From Deferribacterales bacterium (GTDB lineage: Bacteria > Chrysiogenota > Deferribacteres > Deferribacterales > Geovibrionaceae): DNA of 64,000 nt. Positions within the stretch are counted from its first letter, which is position 1, and each line of letters opens with the position of its first letter. The stretch lies in assembly GCA_050251945.1 (NCBI GenBank), contig JBFWLW010000005.1, positions 64,001-128,000 of the forward strand, given 5' to 3'. The notes below the pieces were generated by a model. It had not been told where the DNA came from, did not search any database, and saw nothing but the letters and a program-made list of their open reading frames with translations. Shown piece after piece: positions 17,834-27,788 of this stretch. Made by a program: the position numbers and the translations under genes.

Positions 17834-18292
17834 ATGGAAGTTACAATTCAGAAATTTGAGAGTATTAAAACAGCGAGTGTGCGCCATGTCGGTGCGTATG
17901 ATCAGTGTACTCCCGCATGGATGACGCTGATGATGAATCCTTCCGTGATGCCCCTTGTTACAGATAAATCCACGTTCATTGGTATCTGCCACGACGACCC
18001 TTCAAAAACAGAACAGTGCCGTTACGACGCCTGCATAACCTGCCCCGATGATTTTCAGGCGGCGGCTCCGGTTGAGGTTACAGTTATTGAGGGCGGCGAC
18101 TATGCCGTTTACAGACATACCGGAAGCTATTACGGTCTGAAAGATGTCTATACACAGCTTTTTGAGGAATGGCTCCCCGCAAGCGGGTTCGCTCGTAAAA
18201 AGGAATTGCCCGTTATACAGATATACAGAAATCTGCCTATAAATACGCCGGAAGAACAGCTTATCACCGACGTTTGCGTTCCACTTGCATAA
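17834..18292 (+). CDS. GyrI-like small-molecule-binding domain protein
   Basis: RHVGAY, HDDP...CRYDAC, GGDYAVYRHTGSY, EWLPASG, LITDVCVP. Confidence 0.88.
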   Translation: MEVTIQKFESIKTASVRHVGAYDQCTPAWMTLMMNPSVMPLVTDKSTFIGICHDDPSKTEQCRYDACITCPDDFQAAAPVEVTVIEGGDYAVYRHTGSYYGLKDVYTQLFEEWLPASGFARKKELPVIQIYRNLPINTPEEQLITDVCVPLA

Positions 18293-18317
18293 ATATCAGG
18301 GCGGCTCAGTGCCACAC

Positions 18318-18461
18318 TCAGACTGATGACAAAGTCAGTAAAATGCGAGATCGCGTCGTCGCATGCACTCCTCGCGAAGACGTAAATTGCTGTCATTGCG
18401 AGGAAGCTGTAGGCTGACGCGGCAATCTCATTAACTTTTAACAAGTTTGTCAACAACCTAA
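18318..18461 (+). mobile_element. MITE-like element (type C), copy 2, with duplicated terminator-like flanks
   Basis: TCAGACTGATGACAAA...TTTGTCAACAACCTAA; flanks AGGGCGGCTCAGTGCCACACT (18298-18318) and AGGGCGGCTGAGTGCCGCCCT (18461-18481). Confidence 0.85.
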
Positions 18462-18479
18462 GGGCGGCTGAGTGCCGCC

Positions 18480-19169
18480 CTATTTTATCATACCGAGAAT
18501 ATAAGGCACGGCATATTCAGTGGTGAGAATCCTTGCGCCTATTGAAAACTGCCGGAACCCCTGCTTTTCAAACGTATCCAGTTCTTTCTGTATGAACCCG
18601 CCCTCGCAGCCCACGGCGAGACATAGCGGTTTTTCAAATTCTTTTGTCACTGAACCCGATGGATTGGCTATGTATCTGTTCGGGGTATCTATTTCTGCAA
18701 GTCCTTCCTCTATGAATCCCATAAAATATCTGTGGAATGTCACCTTCGGAGGCATTGTATCCTTTGACTGCTGGAGAGCGTCGAAAATATATTCGTCAGT
18801 GCGCTCAAGGTAGGGGCTGTCCCAATAGCTTTTGTCAACCCGCCATGAGTTTATGATGTGAATGTCTTTTACTCCGGCGCAGACCAGACCGAAAAATATT
18901 CGTCTGAATACTTTCGGGCGTGGCAGGGCGAGAACAAGGCTCACAGGCATGGGCTTTGGCGGTTCCTGATTGCAGTCAAACCGCAGTGTGGCTCTGTCTG
19001 CCGTAATGTCTTCTATGACCGCTGTGCCGAGCATTCCGCCGAGTATGCCTGTTTTAAGGCTGTCGCCGACACCGAGCTTCAGAACCCGTCTGATATGCTC
19101 ATATCTGTCGCCTGTGATATATGCCGTGTCGTTGTTGGTTTCTTCCGGTTTTATGAGGATTATGTTCAT
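18480..19169 (-). CDS. rsmE: 16S rRNA m3U1498 methyltransferase
   Basis: HIRRVLK, LALPRPK, AVGCEGGF, IGARILTTEYA (SPOUT fold). Confidence 0.9.
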   Translation of the reverse strand: MNIILIKPEETNNDTAYITGDRYEHIRRVLKLGVGDSLKTGILGGMLGTAVIEDITADRATLRFDCNQEPPKPMPVSLVLALPRPKVFRRIFFGLVCAGVKDIHIINSWRVDKSYWDSPYLERTDEYIFDALQQSKDTMPPKVTFHRYFMGFIEEGLAEIDTPNRYIANPSGSVTKEFEKPLCLAVGCEGGFIQKELDTFEKQGFRQFSIGARILTTEYAVPYILGMIK

Positions 19170-19226
19170 GAAAAGACTATAGAAAAGAAGCGGAGGAAAG
19201 TAAAGGGGCGGTCATCAGACCGCCCC

Positions 19227-19413
19227 TCAGACTGATGACAAAAAAGAGAAAAGACTAGATTGCTTCGCTTTATTCGACAAATAGTTTAAAGTGGACTCAT
19301 TCAGCCTTCGGCTAGTGCTCGCAAAGACGGAAAGAAAAACCTGTCTCTGCGAGGGCTTTAGCCCGAAGCAGTCTAATTGTTTTGTATGAATCTGTAGTTT
19401 GTCAATAACCTGA
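19227..19413 (+). mobile_element. MITE-like element (type C), copy 3, with duplicated terminator flanks
   Basis: TCAGACTGATGACAAA...TTTGTCAATAACCTGA; flanks AGGGGCGGTCATCAGACCGCCCCT (19204-19227) and AGGGGCGGTCTTCCGACCGCCT (19413-19434). Confidence 0.85.
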
Positions 19414-19442
19414 GGGGCGGTCTTCCGACCGCCTGCAAAAAA

Positions 19443-20867
19443 CTATTCAGCTTCCGGTTCAGCCTGTACACAGCCGCACTTTCTGAATTTTATAAAGAAA
19501 GCGGCGGTGGAGGCGGCGGAACCGAGTACACCTATGTAAGTTGAAACCTGCATGTCAAGCCCGAAACCGATGGGCTGGTTCGCAAGGTAAGTTGTAACGA
19601 CCACTGTCATGAAAATTGCGGGGATAGTGGCTATCCAGTGTATTTTTCCGTTCTGTATGAGGTAAGCCGCAGCCGCCCACAGAACCACTGTGGCAAGTGT
19701 CTGGTTTGCCCAGCCGAAGTATCTCCATATGATGTCAAACTCTGTGAGAGAGATGAGGTAGCCGACTATGAACAGCGGAACTGCGATGGCAAGCCTTTTC
19801 AGATATGCTTTCTGTTCCATGTTCAGCATTTCCGCGATTATGAGGCGTGCGCTTCTGAACGCCGTGTCACCAGATGTGATGGGGAGCAGAACAACGCCGA
19901 GGATAGCGAGAATACCGCCGAATCCGCCGAGCAGGGTTGTTGAAACCTGATTGACGACGTATGCGGGTCCGCCCTGTGCAAGAGCCGCGTTAAGCTCTGT
20001 GGAACCGTGATAGAAGGTCATGCCGAGTGTCGCCCAGATAAGAGCTATCGCGCCTTCGCCTATCATTGCGCCGTAGAAAACAGCTTTGCCCCTCTTTTCG
20101 CTTTTAAGACATCTTGCCATCATGGGCGACTGAGTGGCATGAAAGCCGCTGAGCGCTCCGCAGGCAATGGTTATGAACATCAGAGGCCACATGGGCAGGT
20201 CTGTCGGGTGTACGTTCATTATTGTACGCTGGGGATAGAACTCGTGTCCCTGAGCGATGAGCGCGATCGTAAGACCAACAGCCATAAACAGCAGAACCGC
20301 GCCGAAAAGGGGGTATATTTTGCCGATTATCTGGTTGATGGGCAGGACTGTCGCGAGGAAATAATAAGCGAATATAAGACCTACGAGAACCGGAACGGAG
20401 ATGTGGGTCATGTTTGTGAGCAGTTTTGCTGGTCCTAGAACGAAAACTATACCCACGAGAAGAAGAAGGATAACAGAGAACAATCTCATGAACTGTTTAA
20501 AGAAGCTGCCGAGGTTCTGACCTACGACGTCGGGTACGCTGGCTCCGTTGTAACGGATTGAGAGCATACCGGAGAAATAGTCATGAACCGCGCCTGCGAA
20601 GATAGAACCGATAACTATCCAGAGCAGAGCCGCAGGACCGTAAAGAGCGCCTAGGATGGGTCCGAATATGGGTCCCAGACCTGCGATGTTGAGGAGCTGA
20701 ATGAGCCATATCTTCCATGTGGGCATCTCCACATAGTCAACGCCGTCATATTTTGTCGAAGCGGGCGTCGGTCTGTTCTCATCGGCTCCGAATATTTTGT
20801 CAACGACAGTGCCATAGGTGATGTAGCCTACGACAAGCAGAGCAAGACATGCAAAAAATATTAACAT
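19443..20867 (-). CDS. cstA: Carbon starvation CstA family transporter
   Basis: DGVDYV, NIAGLGPIFG, GAVHDY, ITIACGALSGFHATQSP, TSGDTAFR, WRYFGWANQ; ATG 20867 after GGAGG. Confidence 0.93.
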   Translation of the reverse strand: MLIFFACLALLVVGYITYGTVVDKIFGADENRPTPASTKYDGVDYVEMPTWKIWLIQLLNIAGLGPIFGPILGALYGPAALLWIVIGSIFAGAVHDYFSGMLSIRYNGASVPDVVGQNLGSFFKQFMRLFSVILLLLVGIVFVLGPAKLLTNMTHISVPVLVGLIFAYYFLATVLPINQIIGKIYPLFGAVLLFMAVGLTIALIAQGHEFYPQRTIMNVHPTDLPMWPLMFITIACGALSGFHATQSPMMARCLKSEKRGKAVFYGAMIGEGAIALIWATLGMTFYHGSTELNAALAQGGPAYVVNQVSTTLLGGFGGILAILGVVLLPITSGDTAFRSARLIIAEMLNMEQKAYLKRLAIAVPLFIVGYLISLTEFDIIWRYFGWANQTLATVVLWAAAAYLIQNGKIHWIATIPAIFMTVVVTTYLANQPIGFGLDMQVSTYIGVLGSAASTAAFFIKFRKCGCVQAEPEAE

Positions 20868-20989
20868 GGGAATAACCTCCGTTAAGATTTTCAATGGTAT
20901 TGCATATCTTTGACATAATGAACTGTTTGAAGGGCGAAAGGCTGTATAAATGTCTTAACGGCGAAATATCGGATTAAACGGTTATGCTG

Positions 20990-23900
20990 TTAAAGCACTA
21001 TGGAGAGTATTCTGGAAACACCCGGCTCCTGCATGGTAACGCCGTATATTGAATCCGCCTCCGCCATGGTTTTCTGGTTGTGGGTGATAATAACGAACTG
21101 GGTGTCTGCGGAGAGGGTCTGCACCATACGCAGGAAACGGTCGATGTTGTTGTCGTCCAGAGGAGCATCTATCTCGTCGAGGAAGCAGAAAGGGGTCGGG
21201 CGATAGAGGAAAAGTGCGAAAAGGAGCGTACACGCACCCATCGCTTTTTCGCCGCCGGACATGAGGTTCATGTTTTGCAGTCTTTTGCCGGGGGGTTGTA
21301 TGAAAATTTCAACTCCGCTGTTGAGAACGTCGTCGGGGGTGGTCAGCGTCAGCTCACAGGTTCCCTGTCCGAAAAGGATGGAGAATACCCGTTCAAAGTT
21401 TTTCTTAACGCCTTCAAAGGTCTCGCTGAATATCTGGGTTGTGTTTTCGTCCATTTCGCGGATGAGGTTATGAATGCTCGCCACTGCTGCTTCAAGGTCG
21501 TTCTTCTGGTTGGTCAGGAACTCGTTGCGCTCCTGAATTTCGTTGTATTCCGCTTCCGCAGTCATGTTAAGCGGACCGAGTTCGTCTATCTCGCGCTCAA
21601 TGCCTGAAAGCTCGGTTTTTGCCTTAGCCGGCTGGAAATCTTCCATGTTCATCTCAAAATCTTTGACGTCCATCTGGAATTTTTCCTCAAAAGCTTCGCG
21701 CAGGTTCGATATATCGGACTCGAAACGTTCCTTCTTCTTTTCCGCATCGAAAATGTCGTCCTCTATGCCGCGTATCTCAAGATTGTATTTGTCTATCTGT
21801 TTTCCCGTTTCTTCCTGCTGTTTTTCTGTTTCGGCAATTTCAGTGTCGAGACGGAATTTTTCCTCGTTTAGGAGGTGGCGTTTCTTGATTATCTCGTGAA
21901 ATTCGCCGCGCTTTGCTTCCAGCCGGTCTTTCAGGTTAACTATGTCCGATGTCAGAAGCTGTGACAGCCTGTTTTTTGCGGCTGTAAGTTTTATGCTGGA
22001 TTCGGAGATATCCTTGTCAATGAAGCCCAGTTCGCGTACGAAACCGTTGATGCTCTCCTGTACGCCGCGCAGTTCCACCTTATATGCCGAGTGTTCGTCC
22101 CGCACGTCTTCGTACATGGCGTCGATATCTTCCAGCTTGCTGTTGAGTTCCTCTTTGCGCTGTTCGGCTTCCGCCATTTGCGCGGAGAACTCTTTGTTCT
22201 GGTTGGTGTAAAGCTCTATCTTTTCTTCGCAGCGCTTTATTTCGTTGCCAATGTTGGCTATTTCGCTGTCTATGATGGACGCGCGCTTGGTCATGCGCTC
22301 GTGTTTCTGCTTTATGTCGGCGATACTGCGTTCCTTGTCCTTTATGTCAAGGGTGGCGGTCTGCTTCATCTGCTGAATCTCTTCCAGCTTGTCGGAAATG
22401 GTCTCAAGGCTGTCGGATACGTCGGGTATCTGCTCCGAAATGCCTTCAAGAGCGGTTTCGGCATCTTCAAGCTCAACGGCGCACTGCTTAATCTCCGCCT
22501 GAAGTCTCACTACCGCTTCCCTTTTGTCGTCCGCGCCGGGTTTCCTGTATATAAGCCCGTTGGCAATGACTGCGCCGTATTCTTTAACGGATTCTTCCGC
22601 TGAGCGCAGAAGCTCCTGAACGTCCGTGTCGAAGACGAAGCGGACAGTGTGTTTTACAGATGCCACGCCCTCCATCACCTCGTTCCTTTTGGAAGAGGGG
22701 AAAACGACCAGATCGCCGTATTCCCGCACCAGCGCGGGGCTGAGTTTTTCTAGCAGCAGATATCCGCCGAACTTTTCCATAAGGGCGGAGTTGTCCTGAC
22801 CGGATGTTTCGGATTTAAGCCTTGTGTTCAGCATGTTGAGCTTGGATTTAGCGGAATTTATCTCAAGTTTCTTCTCGTTTGCCTTGTTTTCAAGGATATT
22901 CAGTTCGTCTTTCAGTTCGGAATACTTGTCCCTGTAAGTGTCAAGAGTGTCGTCCAGCGCCTCTATCTCGGTTTTCAGACGATTTATCTCCTGCTCGGTG
23001 ACGATAATATTATTTTCGGTGAACTGGGTGTCTCGGATGCTCTCCTCTTTTTCCTGAATCAGCTTTTCTTTGTCCTTTTCATAACGGGTGAGCATGGTTT
23101 CGTTCTGGAAGACGGCGTTGCGGGCTTCGGAGGCTCTGTGTGCTGTTTTGAGGTATTCGTCGTCAGCGGCAAACAGTTCCTCTTTTATGTCTTCGCGCAT
23201 TGTCTCGTAATCGCTTATGCGCTCTTCAATTTCATCTATCTTCTCCTGAATGGAGGTTATCTTATCCGTCTGGCTGACTTTTGATTCAAGAATCCCCACT
23301 CTGCGGTCAGTGAGTTCCGCGAGTTTTTTCTGGAGGAATTCTATGTCGCCGTGAAGGGTATCCTTGCTCTTTTCAGCCGCTTCAATTTCGTTCTCAAGCA
23401 GTCTAATATCCGCTTCCGCCTTTCCGGATTCTGCTTCTGCGCGGATTATTGCCTCGTTTTTTTCGTTGAAGTTTCTGCGCAGTTCCGCCGTTTTCCGGCG
23501 CATCTCAGTTTCTGCCTCAGTGAGCTTTGTGAAACGCTCCGTGTGACCGGCGAGGTTTATTTTAAGGGTGTTTATTGTGTTGAGAACTTCGGAAAGTTCC
23601 TCGAAAGTTTTTTTATGTCTGTGGTAAATGATGGATTTTTGCAGTGACGACTGACGCTTAGCAAGGTCGCGGTACCTGCGTACTTTTTCCGCCTGCAGAG
23701 TCAGAGTTTCAAGCTGTCCGCGTATCTCCGCAAGGATATCGGTGATCCGGCTGAGGTTGTCCTTCGTCTGGTTCAGTCTGCGTTCGGCGTCCTTTTTTCC
23801 CTCTTTGAAGCGCATAACGCCTGCCGTTTCTTCAAAGAAAGCCCTCAGCTCCTCAGGGGTTGACTGGATTATCTTGTCGACTTTTCCCTGTTCGATGATT

Positions 23901-24325
23901 GATATGGATTTTGTTCCGAGACCCGAATCGTAAAAGATTTCGCGGATATCTTTCAGACGGCATTTTTTGCCGTTAATGAGGTAATCTCTCTCTCCGGTGC
24001 GGTAATGCTTTCTGGTGACGGTTATCTCGCTGAAAGAACCCCATTTCGACGTGAGGTTTTCCGGCAGTTCGGACAGCGTGAGCGACACCTCGGCAAAGCC
24101 GGATGATTTTCTGTGCTGCGAACCTGCGAAAATAACGTCGTCCATGTCTGCTCCGCGAAGTTCCTTCGCGCTCTGTTCGCCGAATATCCAGCGTATTGCG
24201 TCCAGAATGTTGCTTTTGCCCGATCCGTTGGGACCTATGACGCAGGTTATGCCGCCGGGGAATTCTATGACGGTCTTGTCAACGAAAGATTTAAAGCCCT
24301 GAACCGTAAGAGATTTGAATTTCAT
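20990..24325 (-). CDS. smc: Chromosome segregation ATPase Smc
   Basis: Walker A GPNGSGKSN, long coiled coils, MSGGEK signature, LDEIDAPLD Walker B. Confidence 0.95.
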   Translation of the reverse strand: MKFKSLTVQGFKSFVDKTVIEFPGGITCVIGPNGSGKSNILDAIRWIFGEQSAKELRGADMDDVIFAGSQHRKSSGFAEVSLTLSELPENLTSKWGSFSEITVTRKHYRTGERDYLINGKKCRLKDIREIFYDSGLGTKSISIIEQGKVDKIIQSTPEELRAFFEETAGVMRFKEGKKDAERRLNQTKDNLSRITDILAEIRGQLETLTLQAEKVRRYRDLAKRQSSLQKSIIYHRHKKTFEELSEVLNTINTLKINLAGHTERFTKLTEAETEMRRKTAELRRNFNEKNEAIIRAEAESGKAEADIRLLENEIEAAEKSKDTLHGDIEFLQKKLAELTDRRVGILESKVSQTDKITSIQEKIDEIEERISDYETMREDIKEELFAADDEYLKTAHRASEARNAVFQNETMLTRYEKDKEKLIQEKEESIRDTQFTENNIIVTEQEINRLKTEIEALDDTLDTYRDKYSELKDELNILENKANEKKLEINSAKSKLNMLNTRLKSETSGQDNSALMEKFGGYLLLEKLSPALVREYGDLVVFPSSKRNEVMEGVASVKHTVRFVFDTDVQELLRSAEESVKEYGAVIANGLIYRKPGADDKREAVVRLQAEIKQCAVELEDAETALEGISEQIPDVSDSLETISDKLEEIQQMKQTATLDIKDKERSIADIKQKHERMTKRASIIDSEIANIGNEIKRCEEKIELYTNQNKEFSAQMAEAEQRKEELNSKLEDIDAMYEDVRDEHSAYKVELRGVQESINGFVRELGFIDKDISESSIKLTAAKNRLSQLLTSDIVNLKDRLEAKRGEFHEIIKKRHLLNEEKFRLDTEIAETEKQQEETGKQIDKYNLEIRGIEDDIFDAEKKKERFESDISNLREAFEEKFQMDVKDFEMNMEDFQPAKAKTELSGIEREIDELGPLNMTAEAEYNEIQERNEFLTNQKNDLEAAVASIHNLIREMDENTTQIFSETFEGVKKNFERVFSILFGQGTCELTLTTPDDVLNSGVEIFIQPPGKRLQNMNLMSGGEKAMGACTLLFALFLYRPTPFCFLDEIDAPLDDNNIDRFLRMVQTLSADTQFVIITHNQKTMAEADSIYGVTMQEPGVSRILSIVL

Positions 24326-24438
24326 TTAATATTGTTATTTCAATTCAGGCAAAAAAACAAGTGAAATTGATTTTACAGATGCCGTATGTCTGTTAAAGTT
24401 ATATTATAACTCATAACAAACTGAAAAGGTAAAATACA

Positions 24439-25272
24439 ATGAATGATGTTAAAACAATGATTGAACGCCTGAAAACCGAACTCGACCTGCTTGGCGACAA
24501 CCCGCAGCAGGAAAATGTCAGCGCTGTAATAACTGATGTATTAGGTTGCAGAGGATGTGACATTTCATGCTTTATGACCGACAGCGACGTTTTTCAGACC
24601 ATGCTGGATACCATTCCTGTCCCTGTTTATTATAAAAATACCGTCGGCACATACCTTGCATGTAACAGGGCTCTTTGCGAGGCATACGGGTTCGTGCGAA
24701 CGGATATCGTCGGAAAGACGGCATATGATTTTTTCCCGAAAGATACTGCGGATGCGTTTGCGGTTGGCGACAATGCACTGATACAGGATGCTTCCGAAGA
24801 GCGTCTCGAACATCGCGGTCGTTTCCCCGGAATGGAGGACAGTTTTCATGTCATCCATAAAAGAGCGTTCAAACGAAACGGAAAAGTTGAAGGCATAATA
24901 GGCGTGATACTGGATATGACTGAAATTAAGAAGGTTGAGGACACAGCGTGGGCTTCCGAAGCGTTCTTCAAAACCCTTTTTGAAACCGCGCCTATGCCCA
25001 TTGTGGTCATAAACAGCTTTAACATGATAATGGATATGAATACTTCCGCGGCACAGTTTTTCAATCCGGAGGCGGCGGTTCCCGGGCAGGAAATTTCCGC
25101 ACTGTTCAGATATCACTCTGATTTTGAAAAGGTTATGTCTGCCGACGGCAGCGCCATCAGGGTTGAGGTTCTGGGCGGCAGCGGCGTTAATGAGATGATC
25201 GCAATGGTGAGTTCCGATATTCTCAACGGCGAGACCTGTTACGCCATTGCATTTGTACGGACGGATATCTAA
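24439..25272 (+). CDS. Tandem PAS-domain protein without output domain
   Basis: MLDTIPVPVYYKN...NRA...GKTAYDFFP...DMTEIK and LFETAPMPIVVIN...MN. Confidence 0.8.
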   Translation: MNDVKTMIERLKTELDLLGDNPQQENVSAVITDVLGCRGCDISCFMTDSDVFQTMLDTIPVPVYYKNTVGTYLACNRALCEAYGFVRTDIVGKTAYDFFPKDTADAFAVGDNALIQDASEERLEHRGRFPGMEDSFHVIHKRAFKRNGKVEGIIGVILDMTEIKKVEDTAWASEAFFKTLFETAPMPIVVINSFNMIMDMNTSAAQFFNPEAAVPGQEISALFRYHSDFEKVMSADGSAIRVEVLGGSGVNEMIAMVSSDILNGETCYAIAFVRTDI

Positions 25273-26703
25273 ATGGAACAGTCTGATAATTCAAGCAGGG
25301 GACATATATTTGAGGAATTTGTTTACAAGCAGAAACCTGAGATAGAAGTTTCTCCTGACAGAATGACCGCAACGGTCAAAATTCCCGAAAGCCCGCTTTA
25401 TGCAGACGTATTCGGACTGCTGGCGGATGCAGGCATATATACCGGTATAGACACCGCGGCCGTGCGCGAAGTGAACAGTCTTCTTTTGCGCGGCGGCAGG
25501 ATGGAGCGCTCGTATACTGTTGCCAGAGGCAGACAGCCTTCAAACGGACAGAACGGAGAGCTTATCCTCCGTTCCGCCAGACCTCAGGATATGATACTGT
25601 CTTCCGACGAACTTGTCAGTGTGGATTACAGAATATATAGGCAGAAGCAGCTTGCTCTTGCGGAGAAGGAACAGCCTATCGCTATGATAATCAACCCCAC
25701 AATAGGGCGCGAAGGCTCCGACGTTTTCGGCAGACCTATACCAGCCAGAGACGGCGAAGAGGTTAATCTTGAACTGGGCAAGAATGTTTATATCAGCGGT
25801 AAAAAGGTCATAAGTCTCATTGACGGTCTGGTTGAATACGGAAAAGTAAAAGGTCAGATAAATCTTGATGTCAGCGAAGTGTATGTCGTTAAAGAGGATG
25901 TGGATTTTTCAACGGGAAACATAGATTTCCCCGGTTCTGTTATCGTTAAAGGCAGTATAAAGGCGGGCTTTGAAGTGCGGGCAAAGCACGAAGTAGTCGC
26001 CACCACCATCAGAGGACGTGTTGTCGCAGGCGGAGGCGTTACCGCGCGGCAGGGAATCATCGGCGGACAGGACGCCGCCGATATCTATGCGGAAGGCTCC
26101 GTTTATGCAAAATTCGTTCATAAGGCAAAGATAATCACCAACGAAGGCGTTTATATCAAAAAATCCATCATGAGTTCGGAGATATATGCGGAAAAAGAGG
26201 TTATCGTGGATGGTGTTCCCGGAAGCATAATCGGCGGAAAAGTTTTTTCTGTTGAAGGAATTTCGGCGAGGGTATACGGTTCCGAAGCTTACATAAAGAC
26301 CGACGTTGCCATATTCACATCGGTTAAGGATGTGATGGATATGAAAAGAATGATGGCACACCGGTATGAAACGTCAAAAATGCTGACAAAGCTCGAAACC
26401 TATCTGGGCAATAACAAAGAAATACTTATGCGTCAGGGGGAAGACAAGCGGGTCATGATAGATAAACTGCTGATAAAACGGGAACAGCTCAGAAAAGAAG
26501 TAGCTTCTCTGGACGGCATGATAAAAGAGGTTCAGGCGAAACTGGTGCTCAAAAACGACAGCAGAATCTTTATCGGCAGATTTGCTTATCCTGAGGTTAA
26601 GTTTATGATAGGCGGACGTTTTTCCCTGACCAAGGACAAAACTACTAAAGGATACTATTACTTTGACACTGAGTCGGAAGACGTGGAGTTTAAATACGGC
26701 TAA
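25273..26703 (+). CDS. FapA / DUF342 family protein
   Basis: VSPDRMTA, VARGRQP.NG.NG, G.DVFG, DVDFSTGNIDFPGSVIVKG, C-terminal coiled coil. Confidence 0.88.
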   Translation: MEQSDNSSRGHIFEEFVYKQKPEIEVSPDRMTATVKIPESPLYADVFGLLADAGIYTGIDTAAVREVNSLLLRGGRMERSYTVARGRQPSNGQNGELILRSARPQDMILSSDELVSVDYRIYRQKQLALAEKEQPIAMIINPTIGREGSDVFGRPIPARDGEEVNLELGKNVYISGKKVISLIDGLVEYGKVKGQINLDVSEVYVVKEDVDFSTGNIDFPGSVIVKGSIKAGFEVRAKHEVVATTIRGRVVAGGGVTARQGIIGGQDAADIYAEGSVYAKFVHKAKIITNEGVYIKKSIMSSEIYAEKEVIVDGVPGSIIGGKVFSVEGISARVYGSEAYIKTDVAIFTSVKDVMDMKRMMAHRYETSKMLTKLETYLGNNKEILMRQGEDKRVMIDKLLIKREQLRKEVASLDGMIKEVQAKLVLKNDSRIFIGRFAYPEVKFMIGGRFSLTKDKTTKGYYYFDTESEDVEFKYG

Positions 26704-27779
26704 ATGCTCAGAAATTTCGAGTTAAAAAGGTAACCGTCTGCAGATTCCCCTATCAGCCCCATATCGAGAAATTTTTTAATGTCCCTTGCGGCTGTTGTGC
26801 GGCTGACCTTCCCGTAATAGTTTATGAAGGGCTTTTTCAGAAGCATATCCTCATAGCGGAACGTGTTGCCTGTTCTGTAAAGCATCAGAAGGAAATCGTG
26901 CTGGCGTTTTATGAGTTCTTTTTCACCCAGAAGCACCGCGAGATATTTTTCCACGCTGTTGTGGCGTATTGTGGCAAGGTTTGTAAGGGTTCCGTCTTTC
27001 ATCATCATTATCAGCCTGCGCGCAGTAAAGTCCGCAAAGCCCGATATGTCGGACGTTCTGTAAAATTCCGAAGCATTTTTAAGATATTCTTCCCTGTTGT
27101 TGGCAAACACTTCCTGCATGAGATACGGCAGAGCGTTAAGTCCCAGTTTTCTCATTAAGAAAATACCCGCTATCGCCGCTGTTTTACCGTTGGCAGTGGA
27201 AAACGGCTGAATTTTTTTCAGATGCAGATGCAGCAGAAGTCCTTTCAGAAACGGGCTGACCTTAGCGGTCTCATCGCATGTGAGCCATTCTGCCAGATTT
27301 TTCATAAGAAAATTTATATCCAGTGCAGACGTTGGCGGCGTCCAGCCTGTTTCGCCGTCGTCACAATGAGCCGCCGTCTTTCTGTAGGTTCCTGAATCAG
27401 CCACGTTCATGTTTTTGGTAAGTTCTGCGTGGATCGACGCGGTAAGTTCCGGCGAAAGAGGCTCGCTGAGGCTGTTTTCCGCAAATTTCAGTGTATAGAA
27501 GGCATTGATTGTACTTATGGACTGCATGTCCTGTGTGAAATTGCTTCGGTCGTGGGTGATTATGCGGCAGACCTGATCGAAAGTGACGTTGCTGTCGTCC
27601 ATACTGATCAGACCGTAGACGGATCTTGCCGTAAGATTGTCTGTCAGGTATGAAAAGGCGCCCGGGCGCGATGGTATGCTGAGCAGCATTTCAAGTGAAG
27701 ATATCACGGGCATTACGTCTGCCGAAAGCCCAGAATTGAAGAAATAACTGCTTGAATGGAATGTTTTGACTGTTCGCAC
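26700..27779 (-). CDS. Fic-fold protein with degenerate active site and C-terminal HTH
   Basis: IHAELT...GTYRK...PP, HLHLKKIQPFSTANGKTA (canonical HPFxDGNGRxxR), VSRTTAARDIKKFLDMGLI; GTG start. Confidence 0.8.
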   Translation of the reverse strand: MRTVKTFHSSSYFFNSGLSADVMPVISSLEMLLSIPSRPGAFSYLTDNLTARSVYGLISMDDSNVTFDQVCRIITHDRSNFTQDMQSISTINAFYTLKFAENSLSEPLSPELTASIHAELTKNMNVADSGTYRKTAAHCDDGETGWTPPTSALDINFLMKNLAEWLTCDETAKVSPFLKGLLLHLHLKKIQPFSTANGKTAAIAGIFLMRKLGLNALPYLMQEVFANNREEYLKNASEFYRTSDISGFADFTARRLIMMMKDGTLTNLATIRHNSVEKYLAVLLGEKELIKRQHDFLLMLYRTGNTFRYEDMLLKKPFINYYGKVSRTTAARDIKKFLDMGLIGESADGYLFNSKFLSI

Positions 27780-27788
27780 CGTTCACCA

